Below are positions 1-11,400 of a stretch of DNA of 64,000 bases, one piece after another. Source of the stretch: Saccostrea echinata (Eukaryota). The translations under genes were made by a program, and so were the position numbers. The DNA is taken from the NCBI RefSeq assembly GCF_033153115.1, contig NW_026889783.1:744001-808000 (forward strand). Reading direction: 5' to 3'. The notes under the pieces are model-generated. The model worked only from the letters and a program-made list of their open reading frames with translations, did not search any database and was not told the origin of the DNA. Position 1 is the first letter of the stretch, and each line of letters opens with the position of its first letter.

Positions 1-4
1 GTTA

Positions 5-82
5 CAGGCCTGTAGCAACGTTTTCAAAGTGAAAGGGGGGGGGGGGGCTCCGAAAAAAAATCCCGCGTACTATATGGGCCTG
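5..82. mobile_element. Short CAGGCC...GGCCTG MITE remnant
   Basis: Terminal inverted repeat; left end is the reverse complement of 2980-2998. Confidence 0.5.
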
Positions 83-124
83 TGCTACATGTGTACCATC
101 TAACTTTCCAATGATATAATCTTC

Positions 125-165
<41 letters not shown>

Positions 166-1811
166 CAAATCAAGTTCAAGCCGTTATGGATTATCAAAGA
201 TAGCCCCTTTTTTTTTTAAATAGCAAAACTGTAGATCTATCAAGGATAGATTTTAATTTATTTTTTAATTTTGTGCTATTAAATTACTATCACCCATAGT
301 ATAGGCAGATGTTAATGATGGTCAACATGTCACCTTTTAGAATGTAATCAATGAACTTGTCCAGAGATGCATTGACGGCCGTTGTTAAACGCAAAGGAAA
401 GCGCAAGATCGGTTGCGGCTATGGAGCATCACTGAATATTCCTTCGTCATAGGATAGAATCCGACATTTAACACTTAATATAGATTTTGAATATACAGAT
501 GTTTTGAAGATAAACTTAGTATATTTTCGTGTTTTTAAACTGAGTAGATCGATGACCTAGTCTCGTTTTAGATAACTCAGCCCCTCTAGCCCAATTTAGG
601 GCTTGAGTAAAAAACCTGCACTTCTTATGAAACTGGTGTATAGTTCTAAACTTCTTCATTTCCGTAGCAAATACTGATACCCAGTCTACGTGATCTAAGC
701 GTCTCTAGCAAACGGTGCACACACCTGTGCTTGCAAGACCAAATAGCCTAGGTCGTCTACACACGTGCGAAGATCCTTTCAGATGAGCTCGGAACATTAC
801 GTTGCTTTGCCGAGAGGTTACGATTGCAGGTGTTTAACCATAATAATCATTCCGTTATTCATTAAAAGAGAGAAAAAAACACACAGTTAATGATTAACAT
901 ATCCATTCAAAAGAAATTATAAGGCAATGAACAAACAATAATAATGACAGTAATATAACTGGTGAAAAGATTTATCATTATCAATCGAAGTATGACCTAT
1001 ATATTTTCGGGAAAAAGACTGAGGAGGCAGCGAGCGTAGGAATATGAAAATTTTTTATTTGATTTTCCGGGGAAAAGGTGATTTTCTTAAAATCTTTTTA
1101 CGTTAATTTTGTTTTCTTTAACGTATGAAATATACATCATTATTCTTAACATTTGTTGTAATCTTGTATCTACTGATCATGAATGGAACTATTTTCGTCG
1201 GAGCTATTGTGTGAAGAGTACCTGACTTTAGTAATATATCTTGAATAGATAATATGCACTGATCGAATATATTAATAAACGTTAATATCCATTCAACAAA
1301 AAATTAAAATAAAGTCACAATGCAGTGAATGCACTAAATACAGCCATTATACAGCCATATATTTGGAGAAAGCGAACGACAATCCATCGTTTGTTTACAT
1401 CGGACGCCATTTTGCGGCAATGCATGATGGAGCCAAAGACTTCCTTTTTCGGAGTTCACGCCGTTTTTGGAGTTTGTCTAGACTGACCCCGGGGAAAACT
1501 CCTGGATTCATTCCTATTCAATAAGATTTCCTAAAACATTCTTTGTCACAATCCTAGGAGTCTTCGACACTTTATATAAATATCAAAATGTTCAGATAAC
1601 GAATGCTACAAAAAAGAAAATTAGTCTCTGGCTTTATCCCCCCCCCCCTTTTAACGTTATTGCATCACACCTGTAAACACACGTGGTTCTTTGTTTACGC
1701 TGTCATTGATACTAGTTCTGAGCTTAATAATGATGTCATTGAAAAGATGCAATGATTTTGAAGATAAATGGTAATTATAAAAAGATCTTCTCAGTTACTG
1801 TTGATGCAAAC

Positions 1812-2048
1812 CTCATATTGCTATCCTCGCTCGAATCCTTTTCTTGGTCCTTCTTTTCAAGGTTATTCAGAGATTTCGAGGGCCCTAAGTAAAAATAAAC
1901 CATGTAAACATGAGCTTCAAAACTTCTCCTTCAAAATGACACGCACAGCAGACGCGTACCTTCTAATACTAATGAGATATAGCAAAAAAAAGTTACCTCT
2001 GCGGGTGCTTGCGACGAGTTTGCTTGGACCTCTCTGTAATGCATACAT
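1812..2048 (-). CDS. MCRIP2: MCRIP2/FAM195-family protein (MAPK-regulated corepressor-interacting protein), first two coding exons; gene continues left of the window or in exons not recognised
   Basis: Exon 1 2048-1997 reads MYALQRGPSKLVASTRR-G and ends at GTAACT. Exon 2 1884-1812 follows a TTAG acceptor, reads GPSKSLNNLEKKDQEKDSSEDSNM and ends at a phase-2 GTTTGC donor. The N-terminus matches the MCRIP2 signature MYxxxxGPSKLVAxxRxGP. Not in the ORF track. Confidence 0.85.
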
Positions 2049-2283
2049 CTCATAACGTTTGCTCTATTCTGCGCAAAACATTGCGCACAAGGTCAAATAG
2101 AAGGAAGGACTGTTTTGTAAAGGTAGGTCATGTTGATCAGAAAGTTAAATTCGGGAAAAGCCATAGTTATAAACATATTTAACTTATACAATGATATCAG
2201 ATGTATCAGAAGAAGTGAAAACGATAAAGATAAAACTGGAAAATAAACAATAAATATTTAATTTTCATAACATCGGAATCAAG

Positions 2284-2354
2284 GCGCCGCTGGTGTAGTG
2301 GTATCATGCAAGATTCCCATTCTTGCGACCCGGGTTCGATTCCCGGGCGGCGCA
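2284..2354 (+). tRNA. tRNA-Gly(CCC)
   Basis: GCGCCGC/GCGGCGC acceptor stem, A-box TGGTGTAGTGG, anticodon arm GCAAG-ATTCCCATT-CTTGC with CCC anticodon, B-box GGTTCGATTCC, discriminator A; 71 nt, no intron. Confidence 0.98.
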
Positions 2355-2357
2355 GAC

Positions 2358-2365
2358 TTTTTTTT
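2358..2365 (+). terminator. RNA polymerase III terminator (T8)
   Basis: Run of eight T three nt after the tRNA 3' end. Confidence 0.85.
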
Positions 2366-2611
2366 GTTCTGGTTAATACAATGTTATTGCATACAAAAAC
2401 ACTGAGAATGATAAGTGCATTCCTTCTATGATCATCATTCGATATAAGTGTAACGTGGGTCTTTTCATGGTACCTTACCCTGCTTGTATTTTTTGACAAT
2501 GTAAATCTGTGGCACAAACAGAACTTGAACCAATAAACTATATAAAGTGTTAGAACTACAGTACCTTGCAACCACACAGGAGTATCCATCACACTCAAAC
2601 CTCATTATCTC

Positions 2612-2998
2612 ATAGAACGCGGGGGTGGGGGGGGTGGGGGGGGGGTTGGAGGGGCCCCGCCTCCACCACTTTTTTCTGAGTATAGCATTTTGCTATAGTA
2701 AATTTTCCCTCATATGCTGGTTGCCCCCCCCCCCACTTTTTAATGTTGTAAGGTCCAGCACTGGCAAATTCCATGATTTGGACAATAAATGACCTTTTTT
2801 ATTTGCTTGTCAGATAATTTTGGGAAGTTGCCCCCTTTTGGTCAGTTTAATTTTTTTTGTTTTGCTTCTCAGATTTTTCTGGGAAGTTGCCCCCCCCCCC
2901 CCCCCCCCCACTTTTGGTCAGGTTATTTTGTTTTGCTTCTCAGATTTTTCTGGGAAGTTGCCCCCCCCCCCCCCTTTTGAAACCGTTGCTACAGGCCT
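2612..2998. mobile_element. G/C-run-rich MITE (left end truncated) with about 65-bp internal duplications
   Basis: Ends GCTACAGGCCTG like the elements at 5-82 and 44066-44380; repeated CAGATTTTTCTGGGAAGTTGCCCC units. Confidence 0.55.
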
Positions 2999-3232
2999 GT
3001 TATATATTGATGGGATTAAGAAAAAACTTGGAAATTAATATCCAAGTATTGGATGAGTTTAAAATACAGATTAAAGAAAAAGTAATTGGGACTTTCAACT
3101 GGCTTTGAGATATCCATGATAACGAAGTTGAACTGTAATTAATAATTATACATAAATAATTCCACAGTGTCTCGGTATATCTATATACAATTCCTGAATG
3201 ATTGAATTGTGTTTATTGACAGATTTTGATGC

Positions 3233-5034
3233 ATGAGTTGTTTGCTCATCAGATTTCTTACCTGCACTATCCAGAGGAAACAATCATACTTGTATGCAAG
3301 ATATTTTTCAACATCACACTCAGACAACATGTTACAGTTCCCAGCAGCAGAAAGAAATAAAGAGCACATGTTGAATGTTCTGAAGGACCATTTGCCAGCT
3401 AATAAAGAGGGGCAGGCCCTGGAGATTGCCTCAGGTTGTGGGGCTCATGTTGCCCTGTTTGCACAAAATTTTCCTCTAATAAAATGGCAACCCAGTGAGA
3501 TTGATCAAAGATGTTTAGAAAGGTAATTCAATTAATATATAATATTAAAGGACTGATTAAAATTATACATGTACATATTCACATTCATATATTACACATA
3601 TGAATTATTTGACTTGGTTTTTTTGAGCAGAAATTATATATTTATTTGTAGAATTCATGAATTTTATTACATTTGTATTAATTGTTGGAATGTAGAAGGA
3701 TGTATATATTTTTCATCCTATACATGAATACAGAACCATGTTTTGCATTATGCGTAATCTTCTAGTATTTCAGCATATAAGGAACATTATGGCCTACAGA
3801 ACATAAATGAACCTATACCAATAGATGTAACCTCTCCTGTTCAGTCCTGGAATGAGGGAAAATTCCAGGCTGCTTCATTTGATGCTGTGGTCAATATGAA
3901 CATGATTCACATTTCACCCTGGGATACAGCAATAGTAAGCTTTGGAGAACATTCAACTAGGTTATGGTGAAATAATATTTTTAATTTATTTATCATTTGA
4001 TCATTATAAGAAACAATTACACATCCTTTTTGTAGGGATTATTTAAAGGCTGTGGAAGCCTCCTGAAGAGTGGAGGTTTGCTATTTTTATATGGGGTAAG
4101 TAAATTAATGACAGTTTTCTGCTGCTGGGAACTGAATCATGTTGTCTGACTGTGGGAAAATGTAACGTGCAGTTTTCATAGCAATATTTTGTTGGGGTTC
4201 ACATCAAAGCACGGTTGAGGAAAAAATAATTCCAGGTTTTCCCCTCTCAATGCAATTTATATATATTTTAAAATCAAATAAAACATTTACACTCCACAAA
4301 TGGAGAATGGGTAGAAATATGCATTCTATTAACTGTTCTGCAAATGAACTGTTTCAGTCTCCTATCTGGTCTGCCAGTACTTCCTTGAAGGGATTTCTTA
4401 AGCTCTTATTCTGATCAGAAAAGCTATCCTTATGTTCTTATTTACCTAAATGCATTTACATGTACAAATGTAAATGTCTTTTCAGCCATTTGCAGTTCAT
4501 GGTAAACTGATTCCAGAGAGCAATGTTTCATTTGATGCTTCCCTCAGACAAAGGTAAAGCTGATGTCTACCCTGTAACCTTGTAAAGGGACAAGTACATT
4601 TGAGCATTATTATTATACTTTGCTTATCAAGGTCTTCATCTTTTCCTGTACATGTACCTTGTACATCTTTCAACATGTATATATATATACATTAAAATAT
4701 CAATATATGTATTAAATGCGAATCAAGTACAGTATCTTCTGTACCTTGTAGTTCTTTGGACATGTCAAGTATATTTATTACAGGGACAGTAGCTGGGGTG
4801 TCAGAGATGTTGATGATGTAGAAAAGCTTGCAATTCAGAATGGAATGGCTCTCATGAAAACAGTAAGTTAGTTAAAGATGCCTGTATTAACCATACATTA
4901 CTACAATTTATTCCATATAATTACTAGTAAATACAGTGGTTTGTCAAATTTCTTAGTACTAAACATGTGCATTGTTTAATTTGTAGGTTGATATGCCAGC
5001 AAATAATAAAACCTTGATCTTCAAGAAATCCTAG
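3233..5034 (+). CDS. METTL26: Methyltransferase-like 26 (UPF0585/DUF938 family), 6 coding exons
   Basis: Exons 3233-3522, 3766-3934, 4036-4095, 4486-4553, 4784-4862, 4987-5034; all GT-AG and phase-compatible. Motifs AAERNK, LEIASGCG, WQPSE, NMIHISPW, LYGPF, SNVSFDASLR, WGVRD, DMPANN. Conserved core starts at the second ATG (3329). Confidence 0.96.
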
Positions 5035-5469
5035 ATATACATGTAAATACCTTGCAAACTTGACAAGCTGTTCATTTTATCTAAAGGATCCTTTATTTAC
5101 CTGTACCAATATTAAGTATCTGCAAAATTTTTTGGTATATGTACACATATGTCATTTTATAAGAAACCATATTACATATATATTTGTTTAACTTGGTAGA
5201 ATTTTTTTATTATATAGCTCAACAAATGATGTAATACATGTAATATCATAGATGTTGATTTACAATTATTATGAAACCCAAATCTGTGACAAAGAAGAAA
5301 AAATCATTTTCACATTGTACTTTTTAGTTTACAACAATCAACTTCAAGCATGTTTTCAATGCTACAACACAAAATTCTTAAGTATCCAATAAATGTTGTC
5401 TATAGTCTGGTTATTCTTTCAATATATCTGTATTACTGAAATACGCTGATCAGCTATTGAATTTGTACA

Positions 5470-8400
5470 TCAATCGAATGAAATCAGTTCTCCCTCCAGT
5501 TGTGTGGGGGCTGGGGGAGGTTGTTGGGGAGGAGGCCCCTGGGGAGGGGGTCCTCCCTGTTGATACTGCTGACTTTGAGGAGGGGGAGGGCCTGTCATAT
5601 ATTGCTGTTGTTGACCTGAGGGGGTTGAATACACACCTTGCTGATTCTGCGGGGGCAAAGCATTGGACATATCTGTCAACAAAACATTACAACAATAAAA
5701 TATGAAATAAATTTTTAACTGATATTTTCAAAACAAGTACTCATTTAAGTAAAAAAAATTCTACACTTAAAACATAAAAATTCACTTGCTTTGCATATTG
5801 AATGCCTTGTAATCCATATTAGGAGGTGGCATGTACCCCTGGTTCATGGGAGGTGACATGCTATATTGCATCTGTGGTTGGTAACTGTTTTGCCCCTGTT
5901 CAGAATGGTATGTCCCAGGCAAATTAACAGGTTGTGTGGATCCTGGTGGAAACTGCCCTCCTGCTTGTGAACTAGGAACAGTATACATCTGCCGCTGAGG
6001 TGTCTGCTGCATCTGTGGCTGTCCTGCCCCAATAGGGCCCTGATTTATCATGTTCTGTTGATCAATGCTCCCTCCAGAGGGCCCCATTCCCACATTCATT
6101 CCGCCCTGCATTTGTGGTATGCCCTGCCCTGGTCCCATGTTCATATTACCTGGACCCACACCCATTGGAGGATAAGCATTCTGATGCATCTGATGGACTG
6201 GAGAACCATCCACAGAATTGATTGGACTAAAGGTTTGTCCGGGTATGCCCTGCATTGGTGGCATCTGCCCATAAGCCTAAGTGTTCAAAATTAAATTCAT
6301 GTACAAGTGCATATATGTATAACCTATCACAGTGTAAGACAGCGAATGTAATAGAGATTGTATTATGTATATATTGACTCACGTTCGGAGGGTATCCATA
6401 TGCCTGCATCTGCCTCATCTGAGTTAACTGCTTCTGTTGTTCAAATCGCATTTGCATTTCTCTCTCTTGTTCTTGCAATCGTTGCAAAGCCAACTGTCTC
6501 TGCATTTCTAAGTATTCCTGAAATTTAAAAAAAAATTAAAAGAAAATTGATTTTATGATGTTCGGTGATCAGTAAACAATGTTTATGGCTATTTTTTTTC
6601 ATTTGTTTTCATTTGACATGCTATTGTGAAGAATGTCCCAAAAGAATTCTCTGAAAAGTGTGTGGTCAGGATACTGTAGACATACTTTTCTTCCTGTGGA
6701 ATTTGTAACAATGTACTTAAAAGTTTCTTAAAGACATACAAAGGCAATCCAAAAGATTTGGGTACAAGTAATTTTCTACATGTGGATTGAACAGAAGCTG
6801 TGATCCCTTGGAATTCTTAGCTAATAAAAAAAAATATGTTTACAGTAATTTAAAATGTGTCTTTTGATTCATTTAATCAAAGCATATGGTTTTGTTGACC
6901 AATTTTGATTGAGAGTTGAAGCAAGTGGTCTTTGAGGAAATACTTAAAATTATTTATGAGCAATCTGCAAATTGCATTAAGGTGTGCAAATTACCGAATA
7001 CAGAGTATCCAAAGTATACAGATTTGATTAAATTGAGACTTATTAAAAATTAGCATGGGACTTAATTTTGAGATGAATTTGGACAAATTACGCTTCTGTG
7101 TGGACTTACATGCTTCTTCTGCCTCATGATCTCTAACTTCTGAGCCATCTGTATCTGCCTCTGTCTCTCCAGTTCCTCCTGTTCTCGTCGCTTCTTCTCT
7201 CGATAATCCTCACGTAGAGCATCCAGAGCCTCGCGGGCATCTCGGAGCTGGGCAAGCTTGTCTTGTAAGGACTCGTAATGTCCTGTCAACGAAAATCAAA
7301 TTGTATTATAATTCAGAGTACAATACATGTATACGTAAGATAACACAAACACATATATGTACATGTTCCAGTGTTTTTTTTTTTTACTTCTATACAAACA
7401 TTATTCCAAAAATATCATGAGCAAACAAAATATTGTAAAATAGGACTGGCTGTAAAGTTAGATTTTGCTTTGATGTTGCTGGGGTGTATTTGCCTGAAGA
7501 ATCACAGTTTTTTTAAGTCACGCCCACCTTTTGGCATCAAGCCATACTGTGACAAGACCTTGACTGATGAATGAATGATGTTAATTTCCAGACCTTGGCA
7601 ATGGCTGATGAATGAATTAAGTCAGCATTTTCAATTCAAGAATACTAACATTAGCTTGTCGATGTTTGCTTCATAAATGTTTCTTTATGTTTTCTCCGCG
7701 TATCCTTAATCAGTAAATGATACGTCCTATCTCGAATTCTCGTCATTCTCTTTCCCATCTCTAAATACATATAGCAATTTCACATCAGAAGTCCCTGCAT
7801 TTTTTTTACTTCCAATACCATTTCAAACTTTCATTAAAATGTCAGAAATCAATTCATTTTTTTCTGTATACGCCGATTGCCATAAAGAAAATTTTCAGTG
7901 GCGATGTTTCCCATACCCATCCACCCTTTTTTCATTAAAAAAAAAAAAAAAATCAATATAGAAAGATAAATTTTCTTTCAGAGTTGACGGCCTGAATATA
8001 AAAGCCAACAATCGCTACCCTGTACCTGACAAAAATCATGTTTTATGTGTCTTCAACATTCCAAAGGTACAATATCTTCACACATACCAATTCCGAATTT
8101 TTTATCAACGATTTGCAGCAGCAGTGCCACAGATCCTTGCAGATGGAGACCGCTATTTATACAGACTCCGGACCGTGACTTGACACCTTGTAGTAGGCGG
8201 CGCTAATTATCAACTTGCTTTTTTCTCATTGGTCCTCTGGTACAAGTAACTTACAAAATAGATATTAATTGGTTAGTGGTAAATACACTCACAGTTTTTA
8301 TTCACTCGGGGCTCCGCCCCTCGTGAATGAAAAACTGTGAGTGTATTTACCGCTAACCAATTAATATCTATAGTGTAACTATAACTTATTTGGCCAGGAC

Positions 8401-11400
8401 ATTTTTTTTTTTCTGAAGTCTGCTTTACCTCTCATATCCTCTTGTTCTTGAGTGTACTTCATCAGCTGGGGATGCATGTTTGAGATGACATTGAACAGTG
8501 ATTGCACTGATGAATCATTTGCAATACTGCGACCACGCTGGGAATTGCTCTTCATTCTGTTGACAAATATCTCTAGACTGCTCTTTAGGGCACGCAGAAA
8601 CTGCTCTTGGTCCCCCTCGTCTGCTCCATTCTGAAAGGCCTGTCGGAAAATGAACGAATGATTCATTGCAGATACATCCAAAGATAAAAGAAAAATAAAT
8701 TTTGTTAGGTCCTTTTTCAAAGCTCTAACAGTTAAAGGAAGTTAAATGTTGTATAATTTCTTGCACAAGTAAGCATTTCACCTGATTAATTTAAATAACG
8801 ATTTGATTTGGGGAAATGGAATGTGCAACATTAAATGAAATTCACCTCCATAACTACCCCTCCTCCAGTTACCACCCCTGCCTGTTTTGATTCGGTGTTG
8901 GCTACAGGAGCAGATGGGGTGGTTGTGGTCGGGTTACTATTGGTTATGGGTTGTTTACTGTCCTCTGACTTTCTCTGCCAGTAGTTCCTGTCAAGGTAGC
9001 GAGCTAACTCAGGATCCATGTCCGTGGTGTCGATCATGGGAGCAGATACCTAAATAAAAAAGTTTATTTACTTAAACATAAATACTCACAACAACATTTA
9101 CTTTTTGAAAATAAGTACACAACTTATTACAATTACATTGAATATTGTTTGAAATATAAAGTTTCCTTTCAAAAAAAAAAAAAAATTCAGTGCAATGTTT
9201 CACATTTGATTTTTTCTTTCTTTCTTTCTTTTTTTTTTTTGGTTGGCCGTGTCTTGTTGGCTGAAATTTGAAAAGGCTATAGAAGTTTTAAAATCTTAAA
9301 ATATCACTGTTTTCACTGACCTTAAATTAAATCAAAACCTAAATATCTATTGCTAGACTGATATAAGAGGTCTACATTAGATCCCAGATTTGGCTTGAGG
9401 ACATACCGGTGCAGTGGATTGTGTGGCTGGAGCTGATGCTGTAGAGTTAGTGGATCCTCCATACATACCATAATTTTTCCTCAGCCTCTCCCTCTAGTGG
9501 AACAAAAATGTGTCAATAATTTAAATTTAAATTTCTCTATGTCAAGGGAAAAAGAGAAAATTAAAATGAACTTTGGTGACCCTGACAATTCAATCTATAC
9601 AGATAATTAAAACACTGCCCGAATGGCTTTACAATCCAGTAATAACACACAGGAATAGACTATAAAGCAGGTATCTTGTAAGTTGTAACACAAAGCAAGT
9701 TTCACTATTTGTCAAAAGAATAAATCTGCATGCTGAAATATATTCAACTGTTTTAAACATATGAAAGTGTGTTCATGTGCAAATAGACAATTTTGACCTT
9801 AATCTCTGAATGAATGACATCCATGCATGTATTCCTCTGAACATATTGTAAATCTTTTTAGGGTAAAAAGTTTTTTAGTTTAAAAAAAAAAAAATTCTGC
9901 ACTGGATCACTTGAAATAAGCGCTAGTCATATCTTTGGCCTTGAATCTAATTCAAGAGGTGTCTCCATCTAACCATTCTTTGTCTATGGAGTAAACAAAA
10001 AGATTTTGCAGTATGTCTACCAACCACAAAAGCAAATCCCCTATTTAATGAATTAAATCCCACAAAAATTAGTCATTTTACAGTAATTGCATCATATAAA
10101 TGTAGAATAATCATGGTAACTATTTTGACCTTGACCTTTACAAGGGGCCTCAAAACATCTACTGAAATTAACAGTAATCTTCTTCAGAAAGTCTTTATTT
10201 AACAGAATTCAACCAAAAATATGCCAAATCACATACCATATTTTACTTGGACAATAAATAAGTACCCACCTCTTACTTGAACAATAAATAAATACCCACC
10301 TCTTACTTGAACAATAAATAAGTACCCATCTCTTACTTGAACAATAAATAAGTGCCCACCTCTTACTTGAACAATAAATAAGTACCCACCTCTTACTTGA
10401 ACAATAAATAAGTGCCCACCCCTTACTTGGACAATAAATAAGTACCCACCTCTTTCTCCTTGGCTTCATTCTCACTCTGGGACAGGGCCAGGGCCAACTG
10501 TAGCTCCTCCTCCTCCTGGATCTCCTGCTCAGACTTCTGGGGCGGGGCCTAAATATTGAAAAGATTCATAATTACTCCAAATACAGTAATGCCACAACAG
10601 CTATATAACCAGTGTATTAAAGCAACCTCTTTAAAAAAATTTAAATATGCTATACAAGTACCTGTTGTTGCTTAGATAGTGGGCTAGCTAAATACTCAGC
10701 AGGCAGATCAGAATCAGATTCCTTCTTCTTGCTAGGTCTAAAAGTCAGGAAAATTATATATCTTAGCTTGTTAATGGCAACTAAAATACCTATATAGCAA
10801 TCAACATGTCTTCAATCTACATACTGTTGAATCTTGTCATAACAGGAGTCACAAACTCGAACTTCTCTCTCAATTCCAAACTTAGGAATAATGGAGGATT
10901 TTGAGGAACACTTGCCACAGAAAACATCCCCACAGCTTCGACAGTGATGCTGTAAACATTACAAATTATCCATAAATATAAGTTAAATATGACATACTTG
11001 AACTTGATGTCATTACAGTTTATATGTCTCTACATAATTACCTGTCTGTTGAATGTCCCAAATCTAGTACGACACCTGGCACAGGTGTCCCCCTCCTTCC
11101 ACTCCGGGGCTTTCTCTGCTGTAAACATTGCATCTGCTTCCTTCAGAGTTGGGAAAGTGTGACCTGACATGGAAAACATCTATGTAAATGTAAATAAACC
11201 AAGAAAAAATATATAGCCTAAATAAAGATCTGTTATAAAACATTAAACTTTTGTAATAGTCAAGTTATTAAATTAGATTGGGGTAGGTGGGTGGGTGGGT
11301 GGGGGGTTATCACTTAGTACTACAATCTGTCATGAATCATGCCATTATTTGTTACTGATTACTAGTATATTGTTGTGTTTGTCCCTATTGTTTTCCTCTG

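Noticed and set aside
1768-2055. 95-aa plus-strand ORF
   Set aside because: It is antisense to the MCRIP exons and has no recognisable motif.
2206-2598. 130-aa minus-strand ORF
   Set aside because: It contains the antisense translation of the tRNA (RRPGIEPGSQEWESC), a typical spurious ORF.
10209-10475. 88-aa repetitive ORF ([10 protein letters not shown])n and CRISPR-like periodicity
   Set aside because: It is a 30-bp intronic minisatellite read out of the HGS frame; there are no unique spacers and no cas genes, and the context is eukaryotic.
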